Assembly: GCA_040954595.2 (NCBI GenBank)
Contig: CM082577.2
Span: 15,383,903-15,447,902, forward strand
DNA: 64,000 nucleotides
Reading direction: 5' to 3'
Origin: Balanoglossus misakiensis
Lineage: Eukaryota > Animalia > Hemichordata
In this document: positions 1-10,480 of the stretch, in pieces
Position numbering within the stretch: position 1 is the first letter of the stretch
Layout of the letters: each line of letters begins with the position of its first letter
Notes under the pieces: model-generated
Database searches by the model: none
Told to the model about the DNA's origin: nothing
The model's input: only the letters and a program-made list of their open reading frames with translations
Position numbers and translations under genes: made by a program

Positions 1-2964
1 TTCATTCATGCGAGTGAGTGTAATTGCAAATTTGCCTATTCTAGATCTGTAATGGAAATGGAGAAAGTACCTTATATTTTCTGTAAAATAGACATTTAAT
101 TGGCAAGCCGTCCTGCATCAATTATGAATTGTGTACATGCACTAAAGCGCCCTCACTGCTGGGTGTGTTGTATGGTCTTTAACCCTGTTTCAAATTAGAG
201 TACTTTCTGCAATTTCAAGACAGATCTTACGTGCCATTGGAGAGCTCCATTGACTGGTCATTCATACTGTTTTCATTCATTCATTGCGGCATCAATATAT
301 TTTATCTATTCTAGCCAAAGAGCTTGGCACCTGTTGAAATGAACTCATCTGCTGTGGGCCAGTTTATTGGTGGCAGTTGAGCTGAGAAGAGCACCTTCCT
401 TCCCGGCACGCCACCAAGTAAAGTTCCACGCCGCCCACCACAGATGCCAGCATTCATTCATGCGAGTGAGTGTAATTGCAAATTTGCCTATTCTAGATCT
501 GTAATGGAAATGGAGAAAGTACCTTATATTTTCTGTAAAATAGACATTTAATTGGCAAGCCGTCCTGCATCAATTATGAATTGTGTACATGCACTAAAGC
601 GCCCTCACTGCTGGGTGTGTTGTATGGTCTTTAACCCTGTTTCAAATTAGAGTACTTTCTGCAATTTCAAGACAGATCTTACGTGCCATTGGAGAGCTCC
701 ATTGACTGGTCATTCATACTGTTTTCATTCATTCATTGCGGCATCAATATATTTTATCTATTCTAGCCAAAGAGCTTGGCACCTGTTGAAATGAACTCAT
801 CTGCTGTGGGCCAGTTTATTGGTGGCAGTTGAGCTGAGCAGAGCACCTTCCTTCCCGGCACGCCACCAAGTAAAGTTCCACGCCGCCCACCACAGATGCC
901 AGCATTCATTCATGCGAGTGAGTGTAATTGCAAATTTGCCTATTCTAGATCTGTAATGGAAATGGAGAAAGTACCTTATATTTTCTGTAAAATAGACATT
1001 TAATTGGCAAGCCGTCCTGCATCAATTATGAATTGTGTACATGCACTAAAGCGCCCTCACTGCTGGGTGTGTTGTATGGTCTTTAACCCTGTTTCAAATT
1101 AGAGTACTTTCTGCAATTTCAAGACAGATCTTACGTGCCATTGGAGAGCTCCATTGACTGGTCATTCATACTGTTTTCATTCATTCATTGCGGCATCAAT
1201 ATATTTTATCTATTCTAGCCAAAGAGCTTGGCACCTGTTGAAATGAACTCATCTGCTGTGGGCCAGTTTATTGGTGGCAGTTGAGCTGAGAAGAGCACCT
1301 TCCTTCCCGGCACGCCACCAAGTAAAGTTCCACGCCGCCCACCACAGATGCCAGCATTCATTCATGCGAGTGAGTGTAATTGCAAATTTGCCTATTCTAG
1401 ATCTGTAATGGAAATGGAGAAAGTACCTTATATTTTCTGTAAAATAGACATTTAATTGGCAAGCCGTCCTGCATCAATTATGAATTGTGTACATGCACTA
1501 AAGCGCCCTCACTGCTGGGTGTGTTGTATGGTCTTTAACCCTGTTTCAAATTAGAGTACTTTCTGCAATTTCAAGACAGATCTTACGTGCCATTGGAGAG
1601 CTCCATTGACTGGTCATTCATACTGTTTTCATTCATTCATTGCGGCATCAATATATTTTATCTATTCTAGCCAAAGAGCTTGGCACCTGTTGAAATGAAC
1701 TCATCTGCTGTGGGCCAGTTTATTGGTGGCAGTTGAGCTGAGCAGAGCACCTTCCTTCCCGGCACGCCACCAAGTAAAGTTCCACGCCGCCCACCACAGA
1801 TGCCAGCATTCATTCATGCGAGTGAGTGTAATTGCAAATTTGCCTATTCTAGATCTGTAATGGAAATGGAGAAAGTACCTTATATTTTCTGTAAAATAGA
1901 CATTTAATTGGCAAGCCGTCCTGCATCAATTATGAATTGTGTACATGCACTAAAGCGCCCTCACTGCTGGGTGTGTTGTATGGTCTTTAACCCTGTTTCA
2001 AATTAGAGTACTTTCTGCAATTTCAAGACAGATCTTACGTGCCATTGGAGAGCTCCATTGACTGGTCATTCATACTGTTTTCATTCATTCATTGCGGCAT
2101 CAATATATTTTATCTATTCTAGCCAAAGAGCTTGGCACCTGTTGAAATGAACTCATCTGCTGTGGGCCAGTTTATTGGTGGCAGTTGAGCTGAGAAGAGC
2201 ACCTTCCTTCCCGGCACGCCACCAAGTAAAGTTCCACGCCGCCCACCACAGATGCCAGCATTCATTCATGCGAGTGAGTGTAATTGCAAATTTGCCTATT
2301 CTAGATCTGTAATGGAAATGGAGAAAGTACCTTATATTTTCTGTAAAATAGACATTTAATTGGCAAGCCGTCCTGCATCAATTATGAATTGTGTACATGC
2401 ACTAAAGCGCCCTCACTGCTGGGTGTGTTGTATGGTCTTTAACCCTGTTTCAAATTAGAGTACTTTCTGCAATTTCAAGACAGATCTTACGTGCCATTGG
2501 AGAGCTCCATTGACTGGTCATTCATACTGTTTTCATTCATTCATTGCGGCATCAATATATTTTATCTATTCTAGCCAAAGAGCTTGGCACCTGTTGAAAT
2601 GAACTCATCTGCTGTGGGCCAGTTTATTGGTGGCAGTTGAGCTGAGCAGAGCACCTTCCTTCCCGGCACGCCACCAAGTAAAGTTCCACGCCGCCCACCA
2701 CAGATGCCAGCATTCATTCATGCGAGTGAGTGTAATTGCAAATTTGCCTATTCTAGAATCTTACGTGCCATTGGAGAGCTCCATTGACTGGTCATTCATA
2801 CTGTTTTCATTCATTCATTGCGGCATCAATATATTTTATCTATTCTAGCCAAAGAGCTTGGCACCTGTTGAAATGAACTCATCTGCTGTGGGCCAGTTTA
2901 TTGGTGGCAGTTGAGCTGAGGAGAGCACCTTCCTTCCCGGCACGCCACCAAGTAAAGTTCCACG
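1..2964 (+). repeat. Satellite array 1: 452-bp monomers (one 274-bp monomer near the end) with a 904-bp dimeric higher-order repeat
   Basis: Near-exact 452-bp periodicity. Private variant attatGaatt. Successive monomers alternate ctgagAagag / ctgagCagag. The array ends at agtaaagttccacg|tgcattcc (2964/2965). Confidence 0.97.
47..223. mobile_element. 177-bp MITE-like unit with 24-bp imperfect TIRs, present in every 452-bp monomer (representative copy)
   Basis: Left end ctgtaatggaaatggagaaagtac versus reverse complement of right end ctgtcttgaaattgcagaaagtac gives 19/24 identity. Flanked by AT on both sides within palindromic agatct, so a 2-, 4- or 6-bp TSD reading is formally possible. Absent from the short monomers. 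Confidence 0.8.
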
Positions 2965-4754
2965 TGCATTCCTGGCCCTGGTTTTATTTATGTTTACAGA
3001 CAATATTGCATTTTTGTACAAGTATTTTAATCAACTATAAATTTTGAATGTGTCATTTACCTGAACCGGTCATGTTGACCAGAATGATACATTTCTGCCT
3101 TCACTCACCCTATAAATATGTGATTGAGACATAGGTCATTTGCATAAGCTAACATACCAGAAAGTAAGCATATCTGTTGTTTTCCCTGTGTCACTGCCAT
3201 CAAAGTAAAAATTAGACGTTGTGTAGAGCAAACTCCAATTTTTTGTTCTCAATAAACATGGATGAATTACATAGAATGTGTTTGTTGTTTACAGTCTTTA
3301 AATGACACATTAGATTATGCACTTTACAAAACGTTTCTGAGAAACAAGTGACTAACTAGTTTCTTTCCACTGTGGCCAACGTGGTTCACTGTTTGTGTCA
3401 GAATCTCTCTGTTTTGCAAGGATTTTGAAATCATAGTGGTGACATGCATAGTGAAAATCAGCTACTTTCAAATGTCCGTCATGTTCATGCTGTAATTGAA
3501 TTTTCAAAGCTGGGCTGGCGTGTTTTTTCTTATTTACATAAGTATCACACTTTATACATGTATCTTCATGGGGTTTTCTGAGTCCCGTATTTAGGTCCTC
3601 TCTCACAATTTTACGAAATATCGTATAACTGACAGTTGTTCTTCCCAGAAGAGATTGGTTGGTTATGAACTCTCGGTGTAACTGCGATATACTGTGGTCC
3701 GGCGCCAGGTACGGTTTAAATCGAGGATTCCTGCAGTAGTGAGATTCTACAATTCTGTGCCTGCGTACGTGTTCAGTGATATCAGTCAGCAAATTTGGAT
3801 TGAGTTTCCGACGATGCCCTTTGTGTCGGCCCCTTGCATCTGGCATCAGACCAGTAAAGTTCCATGTGCATTCCTGGCCCTGGTTTTATTTATGTTTACA
3901 GACAATATTGCATTTTTGTACAAGTATTTTAATCAACTATAAATTTTGAATGTGTCATTTACCTGAACCGGTCATGTTGACCAGAATGATACATTTCTGC
4001 CTTCACTCACCCTATAAATATGTGATTGAGACATAGGTCATTTGCATAAGCTAACATACCAGAAAGTAAGCATATCTGATGTTTTCCCTGTGTCACTGCC
4101 ATCAAAGTAAAAATTAGACGTTGTGTAGAGCAAACTCCAATTTTTTGTTCTCAATAAACATGGATGAATTACATAGAATGTGTTTGTTGTTTACAGTCTT
4201 TAAATGACACATTAGATTATGCACTTTACAAAACGTTTCTGAGAAACAAGTGACTAACTAGTTTCTTTCCACTGTGGCCAACGTGGTTCACTGTTTGTGT
4301 CAGAATCTCTCTGTTTTGCAAGGATTTTGAAATCATAGTGGTGACATGCATAGTGAAAATCAGCTACTTTCAAATGTCCGTCATGTTCATGCTGTAATTG
4401 AATTTTCAAAGCTGGGCTGGCGTGTTTTTTCTTATTTACATAAGTATCACACTTTATACATGTATCTTCATGGGGTTTTCTGAGTCCCGTATTTAGGTCC
4501 TCTCTCACAATTTTACGAAATATCGTATAACTGACAGTTGTTCTTCCCAGAAGAGATTGGTTGGTTATGAACTCTCGGTGTAACTGCGATATACTGTGGT
4601 CCGGCGCCAGGTACGGTTTAAATCGAGGATTCCTGCAGTAGTGAGATTCTACAATTCTGTGCCTGCGTACGTGTTCAGTGATATCAGTCAGCAAATTTGG
4701 ATTGAGTTTCCGACGATGCCCTTTGTGTCGGCCCCTTGCATCTGGCATCAGACC
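2951..4754. repeat. 902-bp tandem duplication (2951-3852 / 3853-4754) of the 3' part and 3' UTR of the transposase N-half gene
   Basis: Near-identical units offset by 902 bp. Junction catcagacc|agtaaagttcc has AGT microhomology to the native catcagacc|agttgaac. Confidence 0.95.
3352..3846 (-). pseudogene. 5'-truncated duplicate (164 aa) of the transposase N-half gene
   Basis: Identical to the last 164 aa of the 4254-5216 ORF. Produced by the 902-bp duplication and retains an in-frame ATG (MPDARGRH). Confidence 0.85.
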
Positions 4755-5216
4755 AGTTGAACAGTGCATCATTTTGCTTAGAACGGTTCTAGTCCGCCTC
4801 TCACTAATGCCAAATAATTTCAGGAATGCATTTTTGCAGACAGTAACCGTTTCACCGCCTTCATTCACCAGGTGATAACGAACCGATTTCTTGTGTGACT
4901 TCATCTGTATATCCATCAGTTTGTAGAGCATCAAGTTCTGTTCATTATACACGCGACCATCAAAATATTTTCTCGTGGTGCCTAAAACATGCGTACTCCC
5001 AAGCTTCCGCAGACAATTCCCTTGAACGCAGGCGCATTCCAAGGAAAGACTGTCAATATCTGGAAAAGGGCGATTTTTCCTTGGTTTTTGTCTCGGACAC
5101 GTCTTTTTAGAATTCCTACGTGGCTTGTTGGCTCGAGCTGACAGTTCGGTTCTGCGTTGCTGCCACACAGGAAGGGGTTCCCACGCATAAGCAACTCCCC
5201 GGCAGGCCATGGTCAC
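4254..5216 (-). CDS. Sola1-like transposase, N-terminal Cys/His-rich DNA-binding half (320 aa)
   Basis: Motif series CxC...C, VCKNAFLKLFGIS, DARGRH, HVRRHRIVESHYCR...YL, SYTIFRKIV...N...KPHEDTCIKC, H..H. I recognise this as the region that normally precedes the catalytic core in Sola1-type (DUF7869-containing) transposases. AATAAA on the - strand at 3885-3890. Confidence 0.8.
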   Translation of the reverse strand: MTMACRGVAYAWEPLPVWQQRRTELSARANKPRRNSKKTCPRQKPRKNRPFPDIDSLSLECACVQGNCLRKLGSTHVLGTTRKYFDGRVYNEQNLMLYKLMDIQMKSHKKSVRYHLVNEGGETVTVCKNAFLKLFGISERRTRTVLSKMMHCSTGLMPDARGRHKGHRRKLNPNLLTDITEHVRRHRIVESHYCRNPRFKPYLAPDHSISQLHREFITNQSLLGRTTVSYTIFRKIVREDLNTGLRKPHEDTCIKCDTYVNKKKHASPALKIQLQHEHDGHLKVADFHYACHHYDFKILAKQRDSDTNSEPRWPQWKETS

Positions 5217-5257
5217 AGCTGAAGTATTTGTTCAAGTACTGACTGACTAAACGCGGC

Positions 5258-6391
5258 ATGGAACAAACGAACGAACGACTTCACGTTCGGAAAAAAAATC
5301 GTTGCGAGCTGTTGGGTGCATGCCTCTATAGTTGTCGGCAACCGTTCTTTTTTATTGCTAAACAATGCTGTCAGAGCATGGAAGGTGTGGTGGAAAACGA
5401 ACAGAGGTTTTGTACGACCAACGATTGGATGGTGCTACATATGGACTTCCACAAGTCATTGCCGGTTCCTAAACTCAGCTCTGAAGACTTTTACTTTAAA
5501 TCGAAATTGCAAATGAAGCTCCTTGGAATTTACAACGGGACAACGGAAAAGATGCATTGTTATGTATGGACAGAGCTCGATAGCAGAAAGTCTCCCGATG
5601 AAGTTATTACCTGTCTAAATCACTTTTTTTATAACTCGGGTGTGACCAGCAGACATGCAGTTATTTACAGCGACAACTGCCGTGCCGAATTCAAGTGTGG
5701 GAAGTTAATGTTTTACTATGACTATCTGTTACGAAAGGGCGTGTTTCGACGAATTGACTATAAAACTCTTGTGGCTGGACACACGTACTCCACCTGTGAC
5801 CGAGTTTTTGCGTCCATTGAAAGGCATGCAAGTCGTTTCCAGAGTATAGAGACACCTCACGATTGGACATCTGTGATTCGAGGATCTTCTCTGAATGGGA
5901 ACATTGGAGTTACGGAGATGACTCACAGAGACTTTTTCAATTATTCTGATTTCCTGAAAAATGAGTACGTTGTGCGTTATGCAGATACAAACAATGTAAC
6001 TTTTTACTACCAAGCCATGCACTATTTTAATTTTGGAGAAGGAGAAAGGCTTGATACCGACGGCAACCTCAGAACATTTAGTCATGCAGATAAAGTTTGG
6101 GTGAGAACATCTCTAGATCCAAGCGAGACCCCGATTGTAGTCGACTTTAGAAAGAAGAAGCAGAACCGGCGTTTACAAGATTGTACGCTGAACAAACTTT
6201 ATCAGGAACGTCGACCACTGGCGAGCAAAGTTTGGCGGGATCTTCAGAGTTTAGCCAAAAATTACCTGTCTCCGGAGGCAATAGAATTTTATAGGAATCT
6301 ACCGCTTCAGGAGAGTAGTGGCACCTCTGCAGACCCGTACGCCTTTCATGATGATGACGACGACGATGATGATGATATGGGCGGTGGTTGA
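5258..6391 (+). CDS. Sola1-like transposase, catalytic DDD/E (RNase H-fold) half; 377 aa, or 337 aa from ATG 5378
   Basis: Motifs MDFHKSLPVPKL..FYFKSKL, CYVWTE...KSPDEVITCL, IYSDNC, LVAGHTYSTCDRVFASIE, and C-terminal LY..RRPL..K.RDL. Three candidate catalytic Asp residues are intact. Acidic poly-D tail. Confidence 0.85.
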   Translation: MEQTNERLHVRKKNRCELLGACLYSCRQPFFFIAKQCCQSMEGVVENEQRFCTTNDWMVLHMDFHKSLPVPKLSSEDFYFKSKLQMKLLGIYNGTTEKMHCYVWTELDSRKSPDEVITCLNHFFYNSGVTSRHAVIYSDNCRAEFKCGKLMFYYDYLLRKGVFRRIDYKTLVAGHTYSTCDRVFASIERHASRFQSIETPHDWTSVIRGSSLNGNIGVTEMTHRDFFNYSDFLKNEYVVRYADTNNVTFYYQAMHYFNFGEGERLDTDGNLRTFSHADKVWVRTSLDPSETPIVVDFRKKKQNRRLQDCTLNKLYQERRPLASKVWRDLQSLAKNYLSPEAIEFYRNLPLQESSGTSADPYAFHDDDDDDDDDMGGG

Positions 6392-6552
6392 ACAAACTGT
6401 CCTTTTCATGACGACAGTGATTTTGGATATTTGATGTGCGTGCACAGTTTATATGTAATATTTTCACACGAACGAGTTTTGACTGAATTTGATTAAAGAA
6501 TGTACTCGATAATTAACAAATGTGCTGAATCGTGGTTATTATGTTGTTAATT

Positions 6553-6592
6553 TTTGTTTGTTTGTTTGTTTGTTTGTTTGTTTGTTTGTTTG
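6553..6592 (+). repeat. (TTTG)10 microsatellite
   Basis: Read directly. Also present at 38348-38387. Confidence 0.95.
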
Positions 6593-6789
6593 TAAACAAT
6601 TTCCGTTCATTCAACTGGCTACAAAGTTGGATTTTTGTACTGGGAAGCGATAAACTCGCACATCAAAACCGGGGAGACTCGATCATTTTTCCCTGCAGGT
6701 AGCCTGAAAAGCACCCGGGCAGAGATTACGTCATATATGGTCCACTTTAATACGAAATTATGCAAATGTGACATTTCACGGAAACGGCG

Positions 6790-6798
6790 TATATAAAA
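6790..6798 (+). promoter_or_regulatory. TATA box of the wHTH-SET gene
   Basis: TATATAAAA in a GC-flanked context about 100 bp upstream of ATG 6891. Confidence 0.6.
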
Positions 6799-6890
6799 GC
6801 GACCCTGGGCTATTGTTCGGAATGCGTCATCGACGAGAGAGTGACTGATAATTCTTCTACCTCGAGTCAACCATTCTGTATATACTGAAC

Positions 6891-8230
6891 ATGGCTAGCT
6901 GGCGCAGGAAGAGACAAGGCAATGTGCGGTCTGTAATCAACGAACGGCACCGCTCAGTTCAGTGTCCCTTTCTTCAAAAGTGGATCGGTGAGCAATTGGT
7001 ATTTTCAGGTCGTTCAGAGGATGAAGTCCAGTCCAGTACTGTATTTGAGAGCTACAAATGTTGGGTTGAAAACTATTCGTCGGCGGACAATCAAGTAATG
7101 ATTATGGTTACTAAAGCTCGATTTTTCAAGGTGAGAATGATCGCATTTTTCTTTCCCCCCCCCCCTCCCTCCCTCCCTCCCTCCCCCAAGGGACTCGTTT
7201 TCTGTCTCTTTTAAACCTGTAACTTAACGAAAAGGAAGTTTTTCACATATCTCTTCGTTGACACTATAGCAATTTGGAGCGCGGATGCTTCAAGAGAAGA
7301 GCGTTACCAAATCAAAGTCGGCCGGGGTTAATATTTATAGAGGTGTTCGTCTGAAAGCTGGTTCGCGAAGAATCTCAACGGGGAAACCTGAGCACAGTGT
7401 ACTTCAGACCAGGGCAAGGGCATTTCTTGATGACGCCAGCGTGACCGTTCCGATCGAGGTAAGAATGGTGTTTTGTTTGGACTAGGACAATAGAACGTTG
7501 CAATGAGTGTGTCAATGGGTGTCCAAGTGCAAACGTGGTCTGCTTCTGTCCACAAATGCCATTAATTTTTGGCAGGATTTATAAAATTGTCAATGAAGAA
7601 TACAAAAATGAAAAACAACAGTTAATAGCAAACTGGTAGGATTGCAAGGGCTTGTAAAACGGTACACACTGTACCAGGAAGTTTGCAACACTAATGAAGA
7701 ATGTATATGATATATTTAGGTGAGAACTGTTCGCGATCGCCGGGACGCAGGACGGTGCGCGTTTTCGACGAGGGATATTCAAGCCTGGGACGTCGTCTGC
7801 GAATACCGGGGCACGGTTATTAGCGTTGAAGAAGCTAGTCGGCGTGATGAGCTTTACAGGGCAGAGGGGAAACGACCACGCATGTTCCATCTCTACATTG
7901 GAAAGAGACACGTTGTGTGAGTGTATCACTTAGTCGAATATATGGTCATATATTGCAAAGCATCTGTCGAAATAGAAAACGTAATATTGTCTATATTTTC
8001 CTCATTAACGCAGCATTGACGGATACGATGTCCCAGCCGGTGAAGAAAATTTAGCAGGCCTAATAAATCACAGTCAGCAGAACGCCAACTTGGTACCGGT
8101 TCGGATCGGAGAGCGCCTGGTTTTCTTTGCAACCAGGAATCTTTGTCAGGGAGTAGAGCTTTTGTATGATTACGGTGACGGGGGTGAAGAGGATTTCTTC
8201 AGTGGTTCTCAAACTTTTCCTGAAAATTAA
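6891..8230 (+). CDS. Spliced gene, 280 aa: winged-helix-like N-terminal domain plus SETD8/PR-Set7-like lysine methyltransferase. Exons 6891-7130, 7270-7458, 7720-7916, 8014-8230
   Basis: Three GT-AG introns (aag|gtgaga..tatag, gag|gtaaga..tttag, gt|gtgagt..cgcag; phases 0, 0, 2) give an 843-nt open frame. SET motifs: GRCAFSTRDI..WDVVCEYRG, IDG, GLINHS, FATRNL..GVELLYDYGD. N-terminal region FLQKWIGEQL..VQSSTVFESYKCW..FFKQF..GVNIYRGVRLK resembles a D5-primase C-terminal or RFX-type winged helix. Confidence 0.88.
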
Positions 8231-9138
8231 GGCATTAACACATCAACGCTTCGGGGTGTCGTAACGGCGGCGCGGCGGGGGGGGGGGGGGGGGGACGTGA
8301 AAATGTTTGTATCAGGAACAAAATTCCCGTGCAAATCACCTTGATCCGGGTGGGTGGACTATTCGCGACAAATGTTGAAATCATACAAAGCATTTTACTT
8401 AATTAACCCATTTTTTTCATTTATTTGTTTACAGTTTACAACGTCATAGAGAAGTTGAACTAGAGACTGGATCAGCGTGGGTGACACCATAGTACACCAA
8501 TGTTTTCTTCAGTTTGATTCAATTGTAATTTAAAACTGAGATTGCCTAACGCTTTCCCAGATTTTTTTAACCACTGAGAAACTGTGGGTTTTTTTCTGGG
8601 TTTTGGTGCGAGGTGATCTCAGTCAGTGGTGTTAATTTAATTAATCATTTTCTTTTCCTATTTACGTCGACTGAAATGTATTTTGATAGGTGATAGTCAT
8701 ACCATAAAAAAAATCTTACGGCGCGACTGCCAAAATGTACATTTATTTGTCCGTTCCAAGTTATTTTGTGTATGTGTGATGGGTGCCGGTGACTGTGCAG
8801 GGTTGATTTCCCTAGAGCGACTGTTATATTCGTTTTCCAACGATGATGAATTTACATGTTATTTGCTTGGCATTTTGACGCAGAGACACTTCTGAAAACA
8901 CAAACCTATTAATTATGCCACGGGTGTAAATTGATCACATTAAAAGAGGCTTTAGACGTTTGCCGCGAGCTCCTGGTGGGCAGAATCTTGTCAGCCCAAA
9001 TTTGACTATAAGTACATAGCCAATGATGTGACGCTCTCCCACATCCTTCGCCGCGCCTTTTCGCTGATTTACAGCATCTTGCGTAAACACTGTCATTTGA
9101 TCTTGCTTGGCAGAAGTCAACTTGCTCTATACTACATT

Positions 9139-9504
9139 ATGGCGGCCAAGCTCAACTGCATATCAGATAATGCCAAGGAGCGTTTGAGAGGCATCCTCGC
9201 CAGAAGGAGTCGCGTTTCCGGTGACTGTGTGCTCTGGACGGGTGCAGCTTGTCGAAACGGCTATGGCTCTATTACGTTCAGAGATGAGAACACTCTAACC
9301 GCCTATGTCCATCACATTGCACTCCTAATTAACGGAGTGCAATTGGTGGGCAGGCGGTTAGAGTGTTCTCATCTTTGCAACGAAAAGCTATGCATCCGCC
9401 CAGAGCACATTGTCCAGGAAACGCGACTCCTAAACATTTCACGAAAGACGTGCTTTAAATCCCCAAAAGGGGAGTGTCACCACGATCCCAGGTGCCTAAG
9501 GTGA
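9139..9504 (+). CDS. His-Me finger endonuclease (zinc-binding loop of homing endonuclease / His-Cys box-like), 121 aa
   Basis: Motifs CVLWTG...GYG, YVHH, ECSHLCNEKLCIRPEHIVQE...N.SRKTC...C.H.PRC match the zf-His_Me_endon pattern. First ATG is at 9139 (attATGG). Confidence 0.85.
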   Translation: MAAKLNCISDNAKERLRGILARRSRVSGDCVLWTGAACRNGYGSITFRDENTLTAYVHHIALLINGVQLVGRRLECSHLCNEKLCIRPEHIVQETRLLNISRKTCFKSPKGECHHDPRCLR

Positions 9505-9789
9505 GTAATCCTCTTCTCATTTGATATGTATTGTGTGACCCTGCAGTTGAAACGCTTTCATCAATAATTTGCGGCGCGTGGGTAATCTCGGTGTTATTGA
9601 CAATGCAGCCGGCCCAAACATTTTTAAATTAACACTGTTTCTGACTGTATTAACGAAATGTCCAATTTGCAAGTAGCCTATAGACAACCCTTTTGAATGA
9701 GTTTTGTCTCGTTGAGATTTTATACATAAGGAACAATCTAGATTTATTTTAGAAGACACTGTTCTTTTAAAACAGCTAGCATAATACAG

Positions 9790-10156
9790 CTAAATTTCGG
9801 AATTTCCGGACAATTTTCGGAATTCCTTTTAAATTTGAGAAATTTTTCATCAGATATAAGTGTTACTATTTATTGGACATGTTTTTATCATTGTTTACTT
9901 TTTAAGGTCATTCTCACCCCCCCCCCCAAAAAAAGCCGCTTTAGGCTTCATGTTCAGTAAAAAATCTGGAAAGTTCAGCTGAATTTTACACTGATCACAC
10001 ATTTTTGGGAAGGTCTGGCGCAAAATAAAGGATGACAAATGTAAATCTAATGTCACATTTGTAAACCTCTAAGTATTGTACACTCATTCTATTAAGTATA
10101 TGCAAATAGTACGGATAATTTTTTCGGAATGTGGAATTCCGAAATTAGTTCGGAAC
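9790..10156. repeat. Clustered TTCGGAA motifs forming an imperfect inverted-repeat pair about 330 bp apart
   Basis: ctaaatttcggaatttcc and aattttcggaattcc (9790-9826) versus ggaattccgaaattag (10133-10148). Confidence 0.5.
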
Positions 10157-10480
10157 GTGTTAGCAGTGAAGAGATCACCACTGAGGGTTGGAAGGCCTTG
10201 CCAGAAATTAACGCGTAAAGTACGCCCTCACAGGCCATGTAAACAAGGTCAAATAAGGCCGTCTGGCAAACGAATGATTAATTCAACGCGCCATTTGAGC
10301 CGAGCTGAGTTGGTCTGAGTTGCGTATCACACAGACTTAGGCTGAATGTCAGTGGAGTAACCAGTCCGTTTTAGATTTACCAATGATGTGAATTTAATTT
10401 CTTCACCCAGAAAAACAGAACACAACTTGTCTGCAACATGATGCTGGAGGTGACACATGACAGAGAAGTGGATCCGCGTT

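Noticed and set aside
2951-4754. 902-bp direct repeats as LTRs
   Set aside because: They are adjacent, contain coding sequence, and there is no RT/gag or TG..CA termini.
4254-5400. Programmed inversion that would re-fuse the two transposase halves
   Set aside because: I found no convincing inverted repeat. The shared gtggaaa near both ends is short and out of frame, and both copies have the same orientation.
3694-8132. Overlapping or antisense small ORFs (3694, 4678, 4895, 4982, 5316, 5729, 6147, 6619, 7328, 7579, 7926)
   Set aside because: They are shadows of real genes or of introns and promoter sequence, with no recognisable motifs. ORFs 6891, 7285 and 7720 are exons of one gene.
8266-8294. 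G-run as a functional G-quadruplex
   Set aside because: It is a simple homopolymer whose length differs between copies, with no further support.
9028-9138. N-terminal 37 aa of the 158-aa ORF
   Set aside because: It depends on a GTG start. The first ATG in good context is at 9139.
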